Shown: piece after piece, positions 16,540 to 25,407 of the stretch
How the letters are laid out: each line of letters opens with the position of its first letter
How positions within the stretch are numbered: the first letter of the stretch is position 1
From: an uncultured Akkermansia sp.
GTDB lineage: Bacteria; Verrucomicrobiota; Verrucomicrobiia; Verrucomicrobiales; Akkermansiaceae
Assembly (NCBI GenBank): GCA_947626635.1
Contig: CANQSY010000001.1
Span: 592 to 64,591, forward strand
Direction of reading: 5' to 3'
Length of the DNA stretch: 64,000 nt
Position numbers and translations under genes: made by a program
Notes under the pieces: generated by a model
The model's database searches: none
Seen by the model: only the letters and a program-made list of their open reading frames with translations
What the model was told of the DNA's origin: nothing

Positions 16540-19185
16540 TTGGAAAATGAAAACATGACGTGGAGATTGGCAGCAATAGTGTTCATCCTGCTGATGATGT
16601 TTGCAGGGTACATGATAGAGCCACAGATTTATCCGGAAAAAGTCGTCCGGCAACAAAAAGTGAAGGCACCGGAGCCCGTGGCAGAACCTGAGCCCGAGCC
16701 TGAACCCGAACCAAAGCCCGAACCTGAGCCGGTGGTGGACAACAACGAAGAAGAGCCAGAGCCGGATCCCGAGGGCACGGACGTCACGAAGTTTGCTGAC
16801 GTGCCGGTGGAGGAGGTGAAGGCCCCCGCCAAGGAAGAACATTTCAACAGCAAAATCAATTTCCGCGAATGGCTTAAGCCACCCCAGCTCCAGAAGAAGC
16901 TCGCATCCCGCATTCAAGGCGCCCTGGATGGAACAAGCAAGGAAGATGTGATGGCCTGTATAGCGGACCCCGAGATACGCCTTGCCATTACGCAGTGGGA
17001 GCTTTTGCATCGCGCAAACATGGACGTGCTGGCCCAGTTAATGAAGGAAGATGATACAGCGCAAAGGCTATCGCCGCTGCTCAATGACCTGCAATGGCTA
17101 AGCTCTTTTGTGTACGATGGAGACATGTGCTTGCCGGAAGTAGCGTTGGCCATGGTGAATGACTTCCGCAAGAATGACCCCAATATGGATAAAGATGTGG
17201 CGGAGGAAGGGGAGGAGCCCAAGCCCGGACTGAAACGGCGCATTGCGGCGGCTGTGGCTGTAGAGTTTACGCGCAACGGTTGGTACGGGGCCGGTCGGAC
17301 CCTCACACCCGAAGAGATCGAAGAACTCAAGCAAGCGGGCATGGCTCCGCCCAAGCGAGAGGCTTCCCATTCACGCCAGAAGCACGGCTCCAAAAATGCT
17401 CCCAAGCCGGATATTTACCGACTGGCACGCCAACGATACGCATACTTTGCCGACAGCTGGGACCAAGGACTGCTCAATAGTTCCTTCGGGGACCTTCCCG
17501 ATTGGCTCTTGCATTTCCCCTGCGGCTGGAAAGGGGATAGTCCCTTTGGCACGGCGAGCACCATGCGCTGGTTGCGCGACAACACATCGGCGCCGTCCGG
17601 CTACTACAGCAATATGTGCGGACAAGTCGACTACCTTCCCCTCAACAAATTCGGGGATAAGATTTTCTCTGCCGAACTCTACTACCAGCCCTACTCTGCC
17701 CTCTACCCGGACAACTATGCGAAACAGGTGCGTGAGATGGGCGGCGTGTGCGGCAGCTTGTCGCACTACGGCACATCGGCTGCCTGTGCTAACGGAATAC
17801 CGGCTGTAACCGTTGGTGAGCCCGGACACTGCGCCTACGCCGTGTACAACGATGGCAAGTGGAATCCTTCAAACTCTATTTCTGCCGATCGGCATCCTCA
17901 CTGGCCCATTTGGGGTATGTACACCTGGAGCGCTTTCCAGATGATGACGGACATGTATCAGGATGGGCAACGTACACGCGATGCGCAGATGGTATGCTCC
18001 ATTGCTACCCTGTTTGCCACCACCTACAAGGATCCGGGCAGAGCCCTCAAGCTGTACGAAATGGCCGTAGGCATGCAGCCGCTGTACAACCCGGTGTGGA
18101 CCCTCTACCTGCAGACGGCGGCTAAATCACTAAGCAAGCGTCCCTCGAAGTATCTTGGCGTCAATGATTTCATCTGCAAGTCCGTAGCACCGCAGCACCC
18201 GGAGATGTGCGCCAACTACCTCAACAAGGTTATCTATCCCACACTTCTGCAGACCCTGCGGACACCGCCGCAAAAACTTGTCGCCTTCAAGAGCTTCTTT
18301 GATAATTTGGAGAAGAATGAAGAGGCTGAGTGGCCCCTTGATGAACTGCTGGAGACGCAATACAACTCCATGGGAAAAGCTCTTCCGTACAAGGAAAAAT
18401 ATCTGCGACTTCTTGCGGAAACCATGCAGCACAAGCCGGCGTTCGGTTTCGCTCTCAGCTGGGCAGTGCGCAAAGCCTATTCCGAGGGGCGAACAACAGG
18501 AGAAAAAATACGAGTTATCATCGACAAAGCGCTTGCGAACTTTCCGGAAGACATGGAGAATCGCGAAGAAGTAACCACCCTCCTGAAAGCATCCATCATA
18601 CGCGCCGCGGAAGAAATGACAGCGAAAATGCTGTCCGACAGCAAACGAATCAACCAAAGAGAACTGGACACCTACATGGGCCTCGTGAATCAATACAGCA
18701 AGGATTACCTCAGGGCGGAGGAAGGCAATGAGTCGTACAAGCTTCCTGATTTTCCGGAACCCCAAGGCAACAATGTTGCAGCGGGCGGGGTGGTTATGCT
18801 GGAGAAGTACAATCCGGACCAGCGCAGCATTGTGCGCCATGCCGCCGCACTGACGAAAGAGGGCGGGCTCATCGAGTCCGAGAAAGGCAACCACGTTAAG
18901 CTCACCATTGAATTGGCCAAGAAGACCTCACTGGGAGACATCGTGATCATCCCACGCGAGGGATGCGGACGGTACCGCGATTGGTACATTGAGACCTCAG
19001 TGGATGGCAAGACGTGGGAACGACTCTGCAATCTTCCGGATTCTCAAGACATCCCGTACATGCTCTACCACATTGAGAAAGATTTTCCCACGGCCAGATT
19101 TATCCGCATCGACTCCGGAGCTGAGCAGATGCTTGGTATCGACTTCAAAGCTGTCCTTGTCTATGACCGAAAAAAAGCAAAATAA
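16540..19185 (+). CDS. Large membrane-anchored protein: Pro/Glu linker, transglutaminase/papain-like core, helical region, C-terminal discoidin-like domain
   Basis: N-terminal TM helix; PEPEPEPEPKPEPEP linker; GGVCG...GIPAVTVGEPGHCAY; C-terminal WYIETSVDGKTWE..ARFIRI (F5/8 type C-like); alternative ATG at 16555. Confidence 0.75.
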   Translation: MENENMTWRLAAIVFILLMMFAGYMIEPQIYPEKVVRQQKVKAPEPVAEPEPEPEPEPKPEPEPVVDNNEEEPEPDPEGTDVTKFADVPVEEVKAPAKEEHFNSKINFREWLKPPQLQKKLASRIQGALDGTSKEDVMACIADPEIRLAITQWELLHRANMDVLAQLMKEDDTAQRLSPLLNDLQWLSSFVYDGDMCLPEVALAMVNDFRKNDPNMDKDVAEEGEEPKPGLKRRIAAAVAVEFTRNGWYGAGRTLTPEEIEELKQAGMAPPKREASHSRQKHGSKNAPKPDIYRLARQRYAYFADSWDQGLLNSSFGDLPDWLLHFPCGWKGDSPFGTASTMRWLRDNTSAPSGYYSNMCGQVDYLPLNKFGDKIFSAELYYQPYSALYPDNYAKQVREMGGVCGSLSHYGTSAACANGIPAVTVGEPGHCAYAVYNDGKWNPSNSISADRHPHWPIWGMYTWSAFQMMTDMYQDGQRTRDAQMVCSIATLFATTYKDPGRALKLYEMAVGMQPLYNPVWTLYLQTAAKSLSKRPSKYLGVNDFICKSVAPQHPEMCANYLNKVIYPTLLQTLRTPPQKLVAFKSFFDNLEKNEEAEWPLDELLETQYNSMGKALPYKEKYLRLLAETMQHKPAFGFALSWAVRKAYSEGRTTGEKIRVIIDKALANFPEDMENREEVTTLLKASIIRAAEEMTAKMLSDSKRINQRELDTYMGLVNQYSKDYLRAEEGNESYKLPDFPEPQGNNVAAGGVVMLEKYNPDQRSIVRHAAALTKEGGLIESEKGNHVKLTIELAKKTSLGDIVIIPREGCGRYRDWYIETSVDGKTWERLCNLPDSQDIPYMLYHIEKDFPTARFIRIDSGAEQMLGIDFKAVLVYDRKKAK
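16669..16773 (+). repeat. Low-complexity Pro-Glu coding repeat (extended linker)
   Basis: Imperfect CCN-GAR hexamer tandems encoding (PE)n. Confidence 0.8.
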
Positions 19186-20248
19186 AAGACCAACGCATTT
19201 GGCAAGTTTACTGATTCTCACGGTCCTGGTCGCCGGTTCTCTCGCGACGGCGCAGGACGGGCAGGCCGCTGCGCAAACAAATGGCGACACCGCACAGCCG
19301 GGGGTGAAGAAGAATCCACGCCGACCGGATACGTACAGCGACGCCCTGGCGAACGTCGGCAACGATGGCATTATCGTTTTCTGCTACGGACCGGATTGGA
19401 ATCGGCGCAGTGTGCGCATGTTGAAAAAATTCTGGGAGAATTCGAACATTGAGAAGGTAACGGGGGATGCCATGCTGGTGGCGGCGCCTCTATACCAAAA
19501 TCCTACACCGGAACAAAAGGATCAAGCCTTAACGATCACACAGGGCATGCCCGCCATCCCCTTTGGTATCTGTCCCACTGTGATGATGATTGATTCTTCC
19601 GGCCGTATGTACGCCAACCTGCCCGGCACCGATAATCTCGGGGATGAAAACGGTTCACTTGCCATCAAAAACATTCAGGAGAAGCTGGAGGTCTATCGCA
19701 AGCAAAAAAAGCTCATGGCGGAAGCGGAGACGCTCAGCGGACAGCAAAAAGCTCTCAAACTCGGCGAGATCGCTGACCTTCCCATCCAGCAGCCCTCCGA
19801 CCTCATCAACCTCATTCGCAACGCCGACCCGGAGGATAAAACAGGCATGGTGCGTCGCAATGAACACAGCTCTCTGCAATTCCTTTACAAGATGATGCAC
19901 ACAAAAGACGGCTTCCTCTCGAATGATTTTCAACCAACGATGGAAGGCATGCTGGAGGAATCGATGAAGGTCATCAACGATACAACGCTGCGCCCCATCG
20001 ACCGACAAGCTGCCTACTGTCTGCTCATCGGTCAGGCCCGTCGCGAAGAAGGCGGCGGCAAGCATATGAAGGACCTTATCAATGCCTGCGTCAAACTCGA
20101 CCCAAATAGCGTCTATGGGAAAATATGCCTCGCACTGGCAACGATGTGGAACGGAGCACACCCCTCCATCTCCCCGGAACAACTTAAGCCCTCCAAGGGC
20201 GACTCTCACAATAAAAACGACAACAAGAAGGGGCGAAAGAGAAATTGA
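19163..20248 (+). CDS. Secreted thioredoxin-fold protein lacking CxxC, with helical C-terminus
   Basis: Signal peptide ending SLATA-QD; IIVFCYGPDWNRRS aligns by eye with the FTGSDWCxxC thioredoxin motif; cis-Pro loop ICPTVMMID; start overlaps the upstream stop. Confidence 0.7.
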   Translation: MTEKKQNKRPTHLASLLILTVLVAGSLATAQDGQAAAQTNGDTAQPGVKKNPRRPDTYSDALANVGNDGIIVFCYGPDWNRRSVRMLKKFWENSNIEKVTGDAMLVAAPLYQNPTPEQKDQALTITQGMPAIPFGICPTVMMIDSSGRMYANLPGTDNLGDENGSLAIKNIQEKLEVYRKQKKLMAEAETLSGQQKALKLGEIADLPIQQPSDLINLIRNADPEDKTGMVRRNEHSSLQFLYKMMHTKDGFLSNDFQPTMEGMLEESMKVINDTTLRPIDRQAAYCLLIGQARREEGGGKHMKDLINACVKLDPNSVYGKICLALATMWNGAHPSISPEQLKPSKGDSHNKNDNKKGRKRN

Positions 20249-20258
20249 AACACCCCTG

Positions 20259-20413
20259 GCAAACGCAAAGCGTTTGCTTATTTACGATTGATAAGACTGC
20301 CGACGGCAGTCAGGCAGGTTAGCCGAAAGCGCAGCTTTTGCCCCTAAGGCGCTGAGTCAATGCGGTACCGACGAGTCAATCAACGTCAATCGTAAATAGG
20401 CGACGTAGTCGCC
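20259..20413. repeat. Fold-back repeat element: two inverted cores around a palindromic module
   Basis: TATTTACGATTGA (20279-20291) and TCAATCGTAAATA (20386-20398), each with an outer hairpin; internal GACTGCC-GAC-GGCAGTC and AAAGC-GCA-GCTTT. Confidence 0.85.
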
Positions 20414-20432
20414 TCGGAGTTTCCCGCCGTGC

Positions 20433-20461
20433 TTGACATTACGGCAGCGCTGGGGTATAGT
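20433..20461 (+). promoter_or_regulatory. Promoter of the dapA operon
   Basis: TTGACA-17bp-TATAGT, 10 nt before ATG 20472. Confidence 0.7.
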
Positions 20462-20471
20462 TCCCTTACTT

Positions 20472-21356
20472 ATGAAATACGAGGGTCTTTATACAGCCTT
20501 GATCACACCCTTCCGCGATGGGAAGGTAGATGAAAACGCCTTTCGTTCTCTCATTGAAGCACAGATTGCCGCCGGGGTCAACGGCATTGTCCCTGTCGGC
20601 ACCACCGGGGAATCCCCCACGCTCACCCATGCGGAGCATATGGAGGTGATACGCCTAGCCATTGAAGTTTCCCATGGACGCTGCCAGGTCATTGCCGGGA
20701 CGGGGTCCAACTCCACCGCTGAAGCTGTCGCTATGACCCGCGAGGCTGCCGAGATGGGGGCTGATGGCACGCTGCAGGTTTGTCCCTACTACAACAAACC
20801 CAGCCAGGAAGGGCTCTACCGTCATTTCAGGACCATTGCCGAATGTTCTTCTCTGCCCGTTCTTCTGTACAGCATCCCGGGGCGCAGCGGCATTGAGATC
20901 GCCGTGGAAACGGCTGCACGCCTCGCGAAAGACTGTCCCACCATTGTCGCCATCAAGGAAGCGGGCGGAAGTGTGGATCGCGTGAACCAGCTGGTGCAGG
21001 CGGTTCCGGAAGATTTTGCCGTACTCTGCGGGGATGACGGACTGACTGTTCCCTTTGTTTCATGCGGTGCGCGCGGACTGGTGTCCGTCACTTCCAACGT
21101 GGCGCCAAGGCAGATGCGCGAGTTGGTGGATGCGGCGCTTTCCGGCGATGGAAAAAAGGCTGCCGCCCTGCAGAAAAAGTACTACCCGCTCATGAAGGGA
21201 CTGATGAGTCTGGACGTCAACCCCGTACCCATCAAAGCGGCTCTCGCGCTGCGCGGCGACATCAGCTGGGAACTGCGCCTGCCGCTCGCTCCGTTGGCGG
21301 AAGAAAAACGCGCCCGACTTACGGAGCTCATGCGCCGCTTCTCTCTGCTTTCCTGA
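20472..21356 (+). CDS. dapA: 4-hydroxy-tetrahydrodipicolinate synthase
   Basis: GTTGESPTL, PYYNKPSQEG, Schiff-base Lys in IKEA, NPVPIK. Confidence 0.96.
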   Translation: MKYEGLYTALITPFRDGKVDENAFRSLIEAQIAAGVNGIVPVGTTGESPTLTHAEHMEVIRLAIEVSHGRCQVIAGTGSNSTAEAVAMTREAAEMGADGTLQVCPYYNKPSQEGLYRHFRTIAECSSLPVLLYSIPGRSGIEIAVETAARLAKDCPTIVAIKEAGGSVDRVNQLVQAVPEDFAVLCGDDGLTVPFVSCGARGLVSVTSNVAPRQMRELVDAALSGDGKKAAALQKKYYPLMKGLMSLDVNPVPIKAALALRGDISWELRLPLAPLAEEKRARLTELMRRFSLLS

Positions 21357-21381
21357 TTTTTACTCAACACTCTCTCCTGCC

Positions 21382-22113
21382 ATGAATATCCTCGTTACAG
21401 GCATCTCCGGACGCATGGGACAAGCCGTGAAGCAAGCTGTCGAGCAATGTCCCGACACTTCACTCGCCGCGACGCACGACGTCGGACAAGATATCGCCGC
21501 CGCTTTTTCCAAGGCCGACATAGCTATCGATTTCTCCTTCCACGGCTTTACCCCGGAGCTCGTGGCAACGGCGCTTGCGCAGCACAAACCTGTCGTCATA
21601 GGCACCACGGGGCACACCGAGGAGGAACGTGCCGCCATCACCGATGCCGCCAAGCAGATACCGATCGTCTTTGCCTCTAACTACTCTGTTGGTGTGAACA
21701 CGCTCTTCTGGCTCACTCGCCACGCCGCCCGTATCCTCAACGGCTACGACGTTGAAATCGTCGAGATGCACCACCACCATAAGCTCGATGCCCCCAGCGG
21801 CACCGCGCGTTCTCTCGCCGAGATTGTCTGTGATGTCACCGGCATGGATTACAAGGCCGATGTCATGCACGGCCGAGAGGGCATCGTGGGCGCGCGTCCT
21901 CAAAAACAGATCGGCATGCATTCCCTGCGCGGAGGCGATGTCGTCGGAGACCACACGGTTATTTTTGCCACCGACGGTGAGCGCGTGGAACTCGCGCACA
22001 AAGCCTCCAGCCGCATGACGTTCGCCGCCGGAGCTGTACGCGCTGCTCTTTGGCTAGCGGACAAACCGGCCGGACTCTACAGCATGCAAGATGTGCTCGG
22101 CTTCACAGACTAA
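21382..22113 (+). CDS. dapB: 4-hydroxy-tetrahydrodipicolinate reductase
   Basis: GISGRMG, GTTG, EMHHHHKLDAPSGTA, GDVVGDH. Confidence 0.96.
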   Translation: MNILVTGISGRMGQAVKQAVEQCPDTSLAATHDVGQDIAAAFSKADIAIDFSFHGFTPELVATALAQHKPVVIGTTGHTEEERAAITDAAKQIPIVFASNYSVGVNTLFWLTRHAARILNGYDVEIVEMHHHHKLDAPSGTARSLAEIVCDVTGMDYKADVMHGREGIVGARPQKQIGMHSLRGGDVVGDHTVIFATDGERVELAHKASSRMTFAAGAVRAALWLADKPAGLYSMQDVLGFTD

Positions 22114-22612
22114 CTCTTCCTCAGCGCGCCGGGTCGCCTTCTCCCTGGGCTCAAACTCGGGAGACCGTCTCCGCTTCCTTGAGCGGGCATGCGACGCGTT
22201 ATCCGCGCTGCTGGGCGATCTGCGTCTATCGCAAGTGTACGAAACCGAGCCGATGGACTGTCCGGCGGGCAGTCCGCGTTTTCTCAATGCCTGTGTAGAG
22301 GCATTCACTGCCATGCCGCCGGAGGAGATACTCACCCACGCGCTTCGCATCGAAACCGAGCTCGGGCGCTGCCGCAGCGGCATTCCCGGCGAAGAGCGCA
22401 CCTGCGACATCGACCTCATCTACTGCGGCGATCTTGTACTGAGCACGCCCGCTCTCACCCTTCCCCATCCCCGGGCTCATCTCCGGCGCTTTGTCCTCCG
22501 TCCACTCTGCGATATCGACCCCTCCGTCATTCTTCCGGGGCAAACGCTCCCCATCTCGCAGCTCCTCACGCAATTGCCGGAGCATCCTGCCGTTTTTCCG
22601 TACAACATCTGA
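22091..22612 (+). CDS. folK: 2-amino-4-hydroxy-6-hydroxymethyldihydropteridine diphosphokinase
   Basis: FSLGSN, FLNAC, RTCDIDLI, LPHPR..RRFVLRPL; exact start uncertain. Confidence 0.92.
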   Translation: MCSASQTNSSSARRVAFSLGSNSGDRLRFLERACDALSALLGDLRLSQVYETEPMDCPAGSPRFLNACVEAFTAMPPEEILTHALRIETELGRCRSGIPGEERTCDIDLIYCGDLVLSTPALTLPHPRAHLRRFVLRPLCDIDPSVILPGQTLPISQLLTQLPEHPAVFPYNI

Positions 22613-22623
22613 CCCCCTCTGCT

Positions 22624-23397
22624 ATGACTCCCCAAGATAAAATATCCGCCATTGCCTCCTGTAAAGGCGTGCGTCCCGTCTCGCAGCTTACCGCGTACGA
22701 TTACCCGACAGCGCGTCTTCTGGACGAAGCCGGCATTGATATGCTCCTCGTTGGCGATTCACTCGGTATGATGGTCCTTGGCTTTCCCGATACCACGTCC
22801 GTCACCCTCGAGCACATGCTGCACCACACGGCAGCTGTCGCCCGAGGCACTTCGCATGCGCTTCTCATCGCCGACATGCCCATCCACACGTACGACACGC
22901 CCGAGCAAGCGCTCCATTCCGCGCGCGCGCTTATCGACGCGGGCGCCGAGGCGGTCAAACTCGAGGGAGGGGTCGACGTCGAGGACCGCATCCGCGCCAT
23001 CACCCAAGCCGGCATTCCCGTTCAAGCCCACATCGGTCTGCTTCCCCAGCACATCAAGGAGGACGGCGGCTACCGCATGCGGGGCAAGACGGAGATCGAG
23101 GCTCACGCGCTTCTCGAGGATCTGGCAGCCGTCGTCCATGCGGGCGCTTTTTCCGTGGTCATTGAATGCACCGTTCCCGAAGTCGCAGCCCGCGTCACGG
23201 CGGCCTCCCCCATCATCACCATCGGCATCGGCGCGGGACACGGCACTTGCGACGGCGAGGTACAGGTCATTCACGACCTCATTGGGGCTTTCCCCTGGTT
23301 TACACCGCGCTTTGCCTCACAGCACGCCGACGTTGCCGCTTCCCTTTCCGCTGCAGCAACGACCTGGAAAAACAACCTTGAACTTCCCCGCAGCTGA
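22624..23397 (+). CDS. panB: 3-methyl-2-oxobutanoate hydroxymethyltransferase
   Basis: LTAYD, LVGDSLGM, ADMP, AVKLEGG, TIGIGAG; start MTPQDK at 22624. Confidence 0.96.
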   Translation: MTPQDKISAIASCKGVRPVSQLTAYDYPTARLLDEAGIDMLLVGDSLGMMVLGFPDTTSVTLEHMLHHTAAVARGTSHALLIADMPIHTYDTPEQALHSARALIDAGAEAVKLEGGVDVEDRIRAITQAGIPVQAHIGLLPQHIKEDGGYRMRGKTEIEAHALLEDLAAVVHAGAFSVVIECTVPEVAARVTAASPIITIGIGAGHGTCDGEVQVIHDLIGAFPWFTPRFASQHADVAASLSAAATTWKNNLELPRS

Positions 23398-23478
23398 ACC
23401 GCCGGTCCCCTTCTCTCCCGTGACCCGAAGCGGCTCGGATGGAGAGCCCGTGGGACTCCAAATGGGGGAATGCACGCG

Positions 23479-24972
23479 TCAGGCGCGATTTTTAAGCTGG
23501 GGAAAGAGGATGATATCGCGGATGGATGCCGCGCCGGTGAGCAGCATGCAGAGGCGATCGATCCCTATGCCGATACCGCCGGCAGAAGGCATGCCGGACT
23601 CGAGAGTTTCCACGAAGTCCATGTCGATTTTTTGGGTTTCTTCGCCGGCCTGTTGTTTGAGGCGGGCGAGCTGCTCCACGGGGTCATTTTGTTCTGAGTA
23701 GCCGGGACAAAGCTCCTGCCCATTCATGACCAGCTCAAAGACATCCACCACATCCGGGCGCTCAGGATTCGCCTTCGCGAGGGGAACGAGATCCCGCGCC
23801 ACGTGGCAGACGAAGAGAGGCGAATCCTGCTTCTCCTCCACGAGTTTTTCATACACCTGTTGCGTGACGGCTATATCATCCAGCCCATCACCGATCTGAA
23901 TACCGAGTTGATCCACGGCGCGCCGGCGGCGTTGCTCAGGCGTCAGGTCAAACCAATCCGCCCCGGCAACATCTTTCACGAGATCCGCGTAGTCCGCGCG
24001 CTTCCACGGGCGCGTCAGGTCCACGGTGCGTCGGACATTGCCCTCCTCATCGTATTGGTCGAAAACGAGCTTGCCGAACACATTTTGCGCCACGGTGGTA
24101 ATCATCTCCTCCATCATCTCCGCCATGCTCTCGAAGTCGCCGCCTGCCTCATACACCTCCAGCACGGTGAATTCCGGATTATGCCGCCGGTCGATGCCCT
24201 CGTTGCGGAAATTGCGGTTCAACTCGTACACCTTGGGGAAACCTCCCACCAGCAGACGTTTCAAATAGAGCTCCGGCGCAATGCGCAGCGTCACCGGCTT
24301 TTTCAAGGCGTTGTAATAGGATTCAAAAGGCTTGGCGGCCGCTCCACCTGCAATGTCCTGGAGCATGGGGGTCTCTACCTCCATGAATCCCCGCGCTGCC
24401 AAGTATTGCCGAATCTCGTGGATGATGCGAGACCGCGCCACAAAACGCTGCGCGCTCTCCGGATTGCTCATCAGGTCCAGGTGGCGGCGACGATATCTCA
24501 GGTCCGGATCGGCGAGACCGTGAAACTTGTCCGGCATCGGTCGCAACGCCTTGGAAAGAACGCGAAAACTTTCCACGCGGACGGAGGGTTCTCCCGTACG
24601 CGTCACAAATGTCTCTCCCTGCACGCCGATCCAATCTCCCCGCTCCAGCAGTTTCCACACGCTCCAGTCCTCCTCACTCACCGCCTTCTTGGTCAGCATG
24701 CACTGGATGCCGCCGCAGACATCGCTGAGCGTGAAAAATTGCGTTTTCCCCATATCGCGCAGAGCCGAAATCCTACCGAGCAGGCGCACCTGTTTCCCCT
24801 CCGCAAAATCTGCCTTGAGTTCTGCCGGCGATGTGTTTGTCTCAAAACGCCCGCCGTAAGGGTTGACCCCCAGCGCACGCAATTTATCCACTTTTTCGCG
24901 CCGCACAGCGATAAGTTCTCCCTCCGAGGAGCCTGTCCCAGTTGCCGGATTGTCCGGTTGCTCTTGCGTCAT
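23479..24972 (-). CDS. lysS: Lysine--tRNA ligase (class II)
   Basis: RYRRRHLDL, FMEVETPML, LRIAPELYLKRL, RHNPEFT, GIGIDRL. Confidence 0.97.
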   Translation of the reverse strand: MTQEQPDNPATGTGSSEGELIAVRREKVDKLRALGVNPYGGRFETNTSPAELKADFAEGKQVRLLGRISALRDMGKTQFFTLSDVCGGIQCMLTKKAVSEEDWSVWKLLERGDWIGVQGETFVTRTGEPSVRVESFRVLSKALRPMPDKFHGLADPDLRYRRRHLDLMSNPESAQRFVARSRIIHEIRQYLAARGFMEVETPMLQDIAGGAAAKPFESYYNALKKPVTLRIAPELYLKRLLVGGFPKVYELNRNFRNEGIDRRHNPEFTVLEVYEAGGDFESMAEMMEEMITTVAQNVFGKLVFDQYDEEGNVRRTVDLTRPWKRADYADLVKDVAGADWFDLTPEQRRRRAVDQLGIQIGDGLDDIAVTQQVYEKLVEEKQDSPLFVCHVARDLVPLAKANPERPDVVDVFELVMNGQELCPGYSEQNDPVEQLARLKQQAGEETQKIDMDFVETLESGMPSAGGIGIGIDRLCMLLTGAASIRDIILFPQLKNRA

Positions 24973-24981
24973 AACGCGGGC

Positions 24982-25009
24982 ATTATACCCTATTCACGCT
25001 CGCATGCAA
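24982..25009 (-). promoter_or_regulatory. Promoter of lysS
   Basis: TTGCAT-16bp-TATAAT, 9 nt before the ATG. Confidence 0.6.
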
Positions 25010-25036
25010 CTCAAAATATTTCCCCGCGCGCCCATG

Positions 25037-25331
25037 GGCGCCTGAGGCGCCTATTTACGATTTTCGACATACGATTTACGATTTGGGATGCTAGCGCGCC
25101 AAAGGCGCGGGATATGCGATGCAAAAGCATTGGTGGTGGGATCAATCATGGCGGAATGTTATGAGGAAAGCGGCCGGGCGCCTTCGGCGCCTATTTACGA
25201 TTTTCGATTTACGAATTACGATTTCAGGAAATTCGCGCGCGAAGCGCGTTCCAGCGGAGCGATAGCGCAGCGGAATTTTCGAGAACAATGGTAATGGATA
25301 GCTAGAAAGGCGAAGGCGCCTATTTACGATT
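25037..25331 (+). repeat. Modular palindromic repeat array (3 cores) between divergent lysS and the ABC operon
   Basis: Cores at 25052, 25192, 25321; modules GGGATGCTAGCGCGCCAAAGGCGCG.. and GAAATTCGCGCGCGAAGCGCG..GCGGAATTTTC. Confidence 0.92.
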
Positions 25332-25373
25332 GGCGATGTGGAATGCGGGCGTTGACGGTCAAAAAAAATGCAC

Positions 25374-25401
25374 TTGTCTCGCGGTTCACTTCTGGTAGAA
25401 T
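25374..25401 (+). promoter_or_regulatory. Promoter of the peptide ABC operon (probably leaderless)
   Basis: TTGTCT-16bp-TAGAAT with TGG extension, 6 nt before GTG 25408. Confidence 0.55.
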
Positions 25402-25407
25402 GCCCCT

